This document shows, piece after piece, positions 61,941 to 64,000 of a stretch of DNA of 64,000 bases. This stretch comes from Centroscyllium fabricii (Eukaryota). The stretch covers positions 497,674,001 through 497,738,000 of the forward strand of contig JBNRSN020000003.1 of NCBI GenBank assembly GCA_051313645.2, read 5' to 3'. The notes below the pieces were generated by a model that ran no database searches, was not told where the DNA came from, and saw only the letters and a list, made by a program, of their open reading frames with translations. The position numbers and the translations under genes were made by a program. Each line of letters starts with the position of its first letter. Positions within the stretch are counted from its first letter, which is position 1.

Positions 61941-64000
61941 TGTCACAGGGTGCCTTTCCCTTTAAGGTTTCAAGACAGCTTGATTGTGTGCAGCACACCT
62001 GTTTTGAGGACTTGTTCCCCTGGTTATTCTATTATCATATCAATTATCGGTTTCACATGCCTGTGTGTCCCTGTTATCTTTGCCTGCAGCTTATTGGCTA
62101 ACACGAAATGATCTGTTTGCCGGTTTGGCTCATAAGCTGGAGGTCTTGACCAGGCTGGTGCGGGATCATTAGATAGATTCATTAGATTGAATTGACTGTC
62201 TTCAAACTACAGGAAGAGTTGGTTGCTGTTCTGAGCTGCTGGAGGGGCAATGGGTTTGGGAGTTCCATTGCTCAGCCTGGACATTGCACTCTGCTACCTG
62301 AAGCTCAGGCTTGGACATTCATCTGTTGAGTAAGGGCGTTCCCCTGCTAGTGGATCAGGTATTCTCACTCCCATGAACCCCGTTGGGTTAAGTCCCCGCG
62401 GAAGAGCGGATGATGAAATGAGATCCAGTATCTACTCCTTGGACATTTGGTCATTATCACCCAACCTCAGGTTTGGACGTTGCAGTAGGGTATGTGAGGA
62501 GTCTCAAGGATTGAGGATGGATTCTCCTTCTGAAGACTCTGAAGAGATGGGTTCCAGCTGTAGGGCGGACTCTGGGAGAGTTCTATTACTTATCCAGGAC
62601 ATTGCTCGCACCCACCTGTATTCAGGTTTTGGACAAGGATTTCTCTACTCTATGACACGCTTTGTTGCGTAGCATTCCACACAACTTTGGGAAGTTTGGT
62701 ACCAGTTCCAAAAGGAACTTGTTTTCTATTTCTATCTCGTTATTTTGCAACTGTAATAAGCTGGTGCCAGTTTTCTATCGAAGACTTGTTTAGATGTATA
62801 TATATTTGTGTATGTGTGAATGCATTTATTAGGTTTTCGGTAATTTGTATATATTAAAGGAGTTTAGCTCAAGAAAGCCATTTCAGTGTCTTTGCATTTG
62901 GGCGCCACCACACTCCGTTACAGAATGATCCCGCCAGATTTGGGGCCCAGCAGACACTGAAGCGTCTAGCACTCCTTAAATTGCTTTATTCCTGGAGGAC
63001 GGTTGGTCCCTCCTCCGCACCCCTCCACCCACCCTATTCCGGCTTTTTGGGTATTTGGGCCGTCAGCAGTCGTCCCTTTAAGGGGGGGGTTCTGTCACAG
63101 GGTGCCTTTCCCTTTAAGGATTCAAGACAGCTAGGTTGTGTGCAGCACACCTGTTTTGAAGACTTGTTCCCCTTGTTATTCTATTATTATATCAATTATC
63201 GGTTTCACATGCCTGTGTGTTCCTGGTTCTCATTGCCTGCAGCTTATTGGCTAACACTAAAATATCTGTTTGCCGGTTTGGCTCATAAGCTGGAGGTTTT
63301 GACCAGGCAGGGGCGGGATCATTGGATTCATTAGACTTTCTACAAACTACTGGAAGAAGTGGTTACTGTTCTGAGCTGCTGGAGAGGCTATGGGTTTGGG
63401 CTTTCCCCTGCCCTGTGGAGGACGTATTCTCTTTGGGAAACTCGGCTAGAGTGAGACTAGCTGTGGCAGCTAGAGTGAGACTAGCTGTGGAGTGGACTTC
63501 AGAGAACTACAATTGTCATCATTCTGGACATTGCGTTCTGCCACCTGAAGCTCAGGTTTGGACATTCATCTGTTAAGTAAGGGCATTCCCCTGCTAGTGG
63601 ATCAGGTATTCTCTTCCTCAGAAGACTCCGTTGGAGTGAGTCTCGACCGCAGGGCGAACTCGGAAGAGATCCAGAATCTACTCCTTGGACATTTGGTCGT
63701 TATCACCCGAACTGAGGTTTGGACGTTTCAGTAGGGTATGTGAGGAGTCTCAATGTTTAAGGATGGATTCTCTCCTTCTGAAGACTCTGAAGAGATGGGT
63801 TCCAGCTGTAAGGCGGACTCTGGGAGAGTTCCATTACTTATCCAGGACATTGCTCGCACCCACCTGTACTTCAGGCTTGGACATTTATTTCTCTACTCAA
63901 TGATGCACTTGGCTGTGTAGCATTCCACACAACTTTGGGAAGTTTGGTACCAGTTCTAAAGGGACTTGTTTTCTATTTCTATCTTTGTATTTTGCAACTG
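61941..64000 (+). mobile_element. Miniature / internally deleted Ty3-gypsy (Tf1/sushi-like) LTR retroelement; 3' LTR runs off the window
   Basis: 5' LTR 61941-62922 (TGTCAC...GTTACA). 170-bp internal region with PBS-position AATGATCCCGCC and PPT AAGGGGGGGG (63080-63089). 3' LTR starts TGTCACAGGGTGCC at 63093. Confidence 0.85.

Overview
Eukaryotic genomic DNA from a vertebrate, most likely a cartilaginous fish. That inference rests on the repeat content: HE1/mermaid-like SINEs with CR1 tails, CR1, Rex1 and L2 LINEs, Penelope-like elements and Harbinger transposons. The only host gene is a complete 5-exon LIM-homeobox gene, lhx5 (+ strand, CDS 28228-36655, 407 aa, all introns GT-AG with consistent phases). 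It sits in a CpG-retaining domain (~8-47 kb) that carries only short insertions. Large transposons pile up at both ends: CR1/Rex1 at 1-8 kb, and two Harbinger elements, MITEs and an LTR element at 47-64 kb. The most striking hidden structures are: (1) two families of short, fold-back (palindromic) Penelope-derived insertions carrying minimal hammerhead ribozyme cores, one with a U3-A8 covariant core, and some with breakpoints at the predicted cleavage site; (2) a miniature LTR retroelement whose primer-binding site is complementary to its own LTR (Tf1/sushi-type self-priming); (3) a head-to-tail MITE dimer separated by a single TSD copy; (4) a chain of uORFs plus an in-frame upstream ATG in the putative lhx5 leader. 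All calls were made by eye, with no database searches.
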